Shown here: one piece after another, positions 54,501-60,500 of the stretch
Layout of the letters: every line of letters starts with the position of its first letter
Position numbering within the stretch: position 1 is the stretch's first letter
Assembly: GCA_035084275.1 (NCBI GenBank)
Contig: CM068742.1
Span: 96,782,001-96,846,000 of the forward strand
Direction of reading: 5' to 3'
Length of the DNA: 64,000 nucleotides
Source: Hydrolagus colliei
Lineage: Eukaryota
The notes under the pieces: generated by a model
What the model saw: only the letters and a program-made list of their open reading frames with translations
What the model was told of the DNA's origin: nothing
Databases searched by the model: none
Translations under genes and position numbers: made by a program

Positions 54501-57500
54501 AGATCTACAAAGTTAATAATAATACTAATAATCCTTGCATTTGATACAGCGTTTTTCACGTCTTCCAGACCGCCTCAAAGCACTTCACAGAATATACTAT
54601 AAAGTGAATTGACTGTATTTTTTTGTGGGTGAAACTCGGCAGCCAATTGTGCACAGCAGTGTCCCACAAACAGTCATGGATTGAAATGACCAATTTTATT
54701 ATATTTTTTGAGGGATTATTATTAGGCATATAGAGTAAGGAAACTTGCCCAAGGTTTCACCCAGGTCAAACCCAAGTCTCTCACTTGCAAGGTGAATCCT
54801 CTAACCACTGAGCTACAGTTTTGAGATTATTAGGCAACAAAAAATGTTTATATTCTTCCAAATATAATTTAGCATTTACAGGGTTTTCTCCAAAGTGGAG
54901 AGAAAATGTTCTTGTGCAAACAGTAATTCAATATTCATTAGCTACTCCAAATAAGTTTGCATCAACAATCAGAAGTCCTTTGAAAATACAAAGCTCAAAC
55001 TTGCATGTTTCATATTTGAAATTTTCATGTATTATTCTCTTCTAAAAAAAACAAATGTTCTTCAAAGTAACGCTCCCTGCATTCCTGTGTGTAACATTAA
55101 TTGCTATTACAACTCATTAGCAGTAGTACCCCAATTTACCTGCATTTGTGTTTGATGCTTGCAGCAGTACTGTCAAAGTCTCCATCACCAATACAGCCAA
55201 CTGCTTCCGATCCTCCACTGAAATATTCCCTTTTGATTCCACTAAAAAACAAAATCAATTACTTAGGAAATATATATATCCCTTGCATTTGATATAGCTC
55301 TTTTCACATCTTCTAGGTATCTCAAAGCGCTTCACAGAATATAATGTAAAGTGAATGGACTGTATTTTTGTGGGCGAAACGTGGCAGCCAATTGCGTACA
55401 GCAGTGTCCCACAGTAATGGATTGAAATGACAAATTTATTACTGTTTTTATCAAGGGACTATTATTATTAGGCGCATGTAGTAAGGAAACTTGCCTAAGG
55501 TTTTGCTCTGCCTAGTTGAACCAATGTCTCTCGCTTGCAGGTTGAGTGTTCTAACCTCTGAGCTACAGGACTCCACAATACTTCAAGAATTCAATCAGTT
55601 GGAATTCCTTAACTAAAATTTTTTACTATACCATACTTCAGAGCTGCCAACCTTCAAGGTAGATTTTCAGGAAGGTTTGTTACATTTTCAGGAAGGATTT
55701 TGTTATTGCTATTCAGTATCAGCCAATAGTTAAGCCAGGGCTCGACATTAACAGGCATTCAAGCACCCTGGACACTAGGGAACGGCGATGTATCGGTTTT
55801 TCGATTAAACCCGATATGATTTTCAGATCGGTGTGCCGATATGGTGATTCTAAAAAAAACGTTATATCGAGAGATTCGATTTTAAAAATATACATCATTA
55901 TATTTTTGATATCGTTCCTGGCAATATATCAATATTGTTGGTATTATCAGTGTAATGCGATCTTTTCCAGCTTACCTTGTCGCCGGCATTGCAACCTCCT
56001 AGACCTAGAGCATGGAATGCGCGCACTGAATGTACGCACAATTAACGCACAATTAACAATTAACGCGCGCGCACATCCGATGCGCGCGCACACTTTACTG
56101 TGTACACTCGACGTGAGTCGTGGCGTCTTAACAAAGTCGCATCGCTGAAAATTGTAGTTTGAAAATTTACCTTTCTCATCATGGGGAAAAGAAGCCCCGT
56201 GTGGAACTACTTTGAAAACAATGCAGTCAGTAATGGTGTGTATAGATGTACAGTTTACAAGGTCTTGGTTAAGACATCTGATTCGAGCACGAGCAAACTG
56301 CGACAACACATTAAGCAGCACCACCCCGCCCAGCACGCTGCCCTCAGAGCGAAATCATTGTCGACAACAGCAGGAAGTCGAACCAGCGCTTTGGAGAAAG
56401 CGACAGGTAGTGGGGCCAGTGCAGCTCAAACAATTCCTGCTTTATTTAAGAGGAGAACATTGTACCAGAGAGGGGACAAAAAGTGGCAAAGTATCACGAA
56501 CGCTGTCACTTTTTGCATAGCAAAGGAGAGCTTGCCAATGGTGAAGGACATTAATTCAGACTTCAGACTACATAAAAATAAGTGGCATTTTGTGGCTGTA
56601 AGTGTTATGTTTGTGTGTGAGAGTTAGAAGCCAGATTATCACTGCTTCTATGTGTGTGTCTGACTAGACACACACATAGAAGCAGTGATAATCTGGCTTC
56701 TAACTCTAACAGTCAGACTGTCTGTCTCTCTCTTTTCTATTGTAATAGATCTCATTTACACGTGGACATTACATGCTAGTTTCAAGCAAGAAATGGAGGA
56801 GAATAAATCTCTAGATTTTGTTTTTGGTGTGTGTGTGTTCTATTTTGTGTTGAGAGATGGAGGGAGAGAAGGAGAGGGGGAAAGTTGGGAGAGAAGGAGA
56901 GAGGAAGAGAGGAGAGGGAGGGAGAGAATGAGAGGGGGAAAGGAGGGAGAGAAGGAGCGAGGGGAAAGGAGGGAGAGAAGGAGAGAGGGGAGGGAGGGAG
57001 GGAGGGAGAGAAGGAGAGGGGAAAAGTTGGGAGAGAAGGAGAGAGGAAGAGAGAAGAGGGAGGGAGAGAAGGAGAGGGTGAAAGGAGGGAGAGAAGGAGC
57101 GAGGGGAGAGAAGGAGAGAGGAAGAGAGGAGAGGGAGGGAGGGAGAGAAGGAGAGGGGGAAAGGAGGGAGAGAAGGAGTGAAGGGAAAGGAGGGAGAGAA
57201 GGAGTGAAGGGAAAGGAGGGAGAGGAAGAGAGGAGAGGGAGGGAGGGAGAGAAGGAGAGGGGGGAGGGAGGGAGAGAAGGAGAGGGGGAAAGGAGGGAGA
57301 GAAGGAGCGAAGGGAAAGGAGGGAGAGAAGGAGAGAGGGGAGGGAGGGAGAGGGGGAAAGTTGGGAGAGAAGAAGAGAGGAAGAGAGGAGAGGGAGGGAG
57401 AGGGGGAAAGGAGGGAGAGAAGGAGCGAGGGGANNNNNNNNNNNNNNNNNNNNNNNNNNNNNNNNNNNNNNNNNNNNNNNNNNNNNNNNNNNNNNNNNNN

Positions 57501-60500
57501 NNNNNNNNNNNNNNNNNNNNNNNNNNNNNNNNNNNNNNNNNNNNNNNNNNNNNNNNNNNNNNNNNNNNNNNNNNNNNNNNNNNNNNNNNNNNNNNNNNNN
57601 NNNNNNNNNNNNNNNNNNNNNNNNNNNNNNNNNNNNNNNNNNNNNNNNNNNNNNNNNGAGGGAGAGAAGGAGAGGGGAAAGGAGGGAGAGAAGGAGAGAG
57701 GAGAGGAGGGAGAGAAGGAGAGGGGGAGGTAGGGAGCAAACAACATTGTATAATTCAACAGACCTTGACACCAACATTACAAACTTTCTGGACCTAGAGC
57801 ACGCATTTCGAAATGTGCGTGCACCACGACTGCGCGAACATCGTCAGTGCGGACGCACTGTCAATGCGCGAGCACCGCGACTGAGCGCGCACCATAAATG
57901 CGCGCGCGCCATGAATGCACACGCACTTCGAATGCACGCGCATGCGCAGTATAAAAACTCGATAGATCGGTTTAAGCAGGTATGAGCAAACCGATATATC
58001 CATATCCGGAAAAATCCCATATCGCCGTTCCCTACTGGACACCTTAATTTTGTGCGTCCACGATTTTCATCCGTGGTTTAAATTTTCAAGTTTCACTCCT
58101 CCAAACAAGGGACCGCATTCATCTGCGTATTGGTGTGTATTCATCCGCTCTGCGGTTCCCACCTATCAGCATCTTTACTACCCCACGTGGTCTAGCTGCA
58201 CTCGTGGATCTACAGGTACTGTGTGTGAGCGAACAGCTAGCGTACAGAACTGGGACCCAGTTGCTATGTTGCAATCAACCAGCGAGAACGCTGGATTAAG
58301 GTAAATACAATGCTTCTCTCTATAGTATTTCACTTTCTCTTCTTCATTAAACTGATTTCTTCCATCCTTCCCCTACTGAACATAGGTGGTGCAAGGTAGA
58401 TTTAGCTTAAATTATGACATGGCAAAAAATCGGAAGTTATTTATCTGGGATTGGGAGGGCGGAAGGGAGCATGTAAAAGTGGAAGGTTTCCGCAAAAATC
58501 GGGAGGGTTGGCAGCTCTGATGCTTGGGTGTTTCCATAACAAATCTCATCGTCTTCAGTTTACGTACAAAAACAGAGTGAGAGAAAAGGAAGATGTAAAC
58601 TTACCTGAATCATTGAAGTTTTGAGTGGGGTCTTTTAACAGAGCAGCGTATTTGTGTAAAAGGTTCACCATCACCTCAAGCAATCCGACCTCCCGAAACA
58701 CATCCCTGAAGATAGGATCGTGACGTGAGAATTTCAAAAGTGTTTTCATTGCAGTGATGCTGCATTGGTAAGAGGTGCTGGACTTCAATGAGATGCTGAC
58801 GCTGATAAGTTCTTTGCACGGGATATAGTTCAAACTGAAGATAATAAATTCCAGCATTTCAAAGTACTTGGACTGCACCTCTGGGACTTTGGAAATCTTC
58901 TCAGCAAATTGTGAAAGAGTGTGCTGAGACTCCAGGATAAAGTAATTGGCATTATCTGCTATGTAAAGGTTTGAGATGGCATCCAAAATCATTCCGGCAA
59001 GATGGCTGGTTCTTACTTTTAAGAAGGCAGTCTGAAGAACAGAAAAGGCTTGGATGTTTTTTATTGTGTGTCCTGGTTTAAGAGAAGAGATGACATGACT
59101 GGTTACGATTTTCCGAAAATACTTTCTATATAACTTCAAACACTTAACATTTATTCAACAAGTCAAGGAAAACATTCAAATTGTTTTGTGATACATGAAA
59201 GGAAAAACAGATTCTGACTCTAAAACCTTTTCCCCAAACAGTTAAGTAGTAAATGCATTTCTTTGTAAACTTTTATTTGCCGTCAGCTTTGATAAGGTAA
59301 CCGAAATGACACATGAATTCCTCTGCCAATATTGGCCACTAGGTTTTATATTACACCTTAAAATTGACACTTCTATTTCAACCCTTTTAGTAAATCAATA
59401 AAAATGTATCCGCTGTTATCTATCTTCAGTTGCCAAGATTGATTAAAGTGCTCTAAAAACTGCATGACTTCTGTACACTCGCTTTATTCTCCTATGTAAC
59501 CGTCCAGGAAAAACTGCTGTGTCTGACTACTCTATTGAAATCTCATAATTTTCAATATTTGTAAGGTAGTAAGTCTTTTCATACTCACCCTTCCATTGCA
59601 GATGAATGCTTTGAAGTCCCTCACTATATTAATGTACTGAAACACCTGCATCTCATGCATTCTTGTCCTTCATTTGCCTTTGGAGTTAGATTTCTAATGA
59701 AGTGTGTACACACTTGGCATTTATAATAATCTACTATAATTATTATTATTATAATATTATTCAGTCTTTAAAGATAACAATTAGGCTTAAGAGGCAAATT
59801 TGAACTTGTTCTTTGTATTATCTGCAAAGAATATTTACTGTAAAGCATACACAACCCACATTTAAGTTGAATGTTTTCCTCACAGAGAAAAAAGACTATT
59901 TAAAGTCCACCTTCATGAGAAAATTGTTTTGCAAACTTTTAAGGTTGAAGATAGAGCAGCCAAAGAAGCTACATTCCCATTTATCATCTTAACATCACAT
60001 ATAAAGAACAGAATACATTTGACAACATTTAAGCTCACATTAATAAGCAAACAGAAAGGTTAGCCAAGACTTCCAATGTCTAAAGCATTGCCAAGAAGCA
60101 ACTGGTAGCATCACCTTTGCCACAAGGTTGTGGTACTACAAATCCTGGTAGTAGGAAAGGTGCTCCACTAGTAACACCAGCAGGTCTCAATTCATTTATT
60201 CCGTAGGTTGTTAGTGAGGTCACCAAATGAACCAAGTCTTTCAGTGCCTCTTTGGCATCGGGCTCCGTCATTTGCTCCAACCTAAAATACATATGTTGAA
60301 ATGTTAACAAAATGGCAAAGTGGTTGCTGTTCTTTTCCATCACCCACCAAACCCCCAGAATTCTGCATCGGTTTACATACAACATACAATAATAAATTGC
60401 ATTTATATAGAACCTTTTATTTTTTGAGGAAATCGTAAGACATTGAAAGTGATAAATATATATATATATATATATAGCAGTGATTGTATATTTTGCTTAA

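Larger units (their letters stand above)
55776..58034 (+). mobile_element. Internally deleted hAT-Ac element with BED-finger transposase remnant
   Basis: Perfect 14-bp TIRs TAGGGAACGGCGAT; perfect 8-bp TSD CTGGACAC (55768-55775, 58035-58042). Confidence 0.92.
55639..58519. mobile_element. Outer TIR DNA element (hAT-like) hosting a nested hAT
   Basis: TIRs CAGAGCTGCCAACC / GGTTGGCAGCTCTG (14 bp, perfect); flanks ATACTT / ATGCTT (6 bp, 1 mismatch); subterminal (c/t)ggaag repeats. Confidence 0.82.

Noticed and set aside
56685-57797. Long ORFs (299-370 aa) rich in E/G/R or S/P/L
   Set aside because: Translation of the GA minisatellite and the N gap; low-complexity sequence lacks stops.
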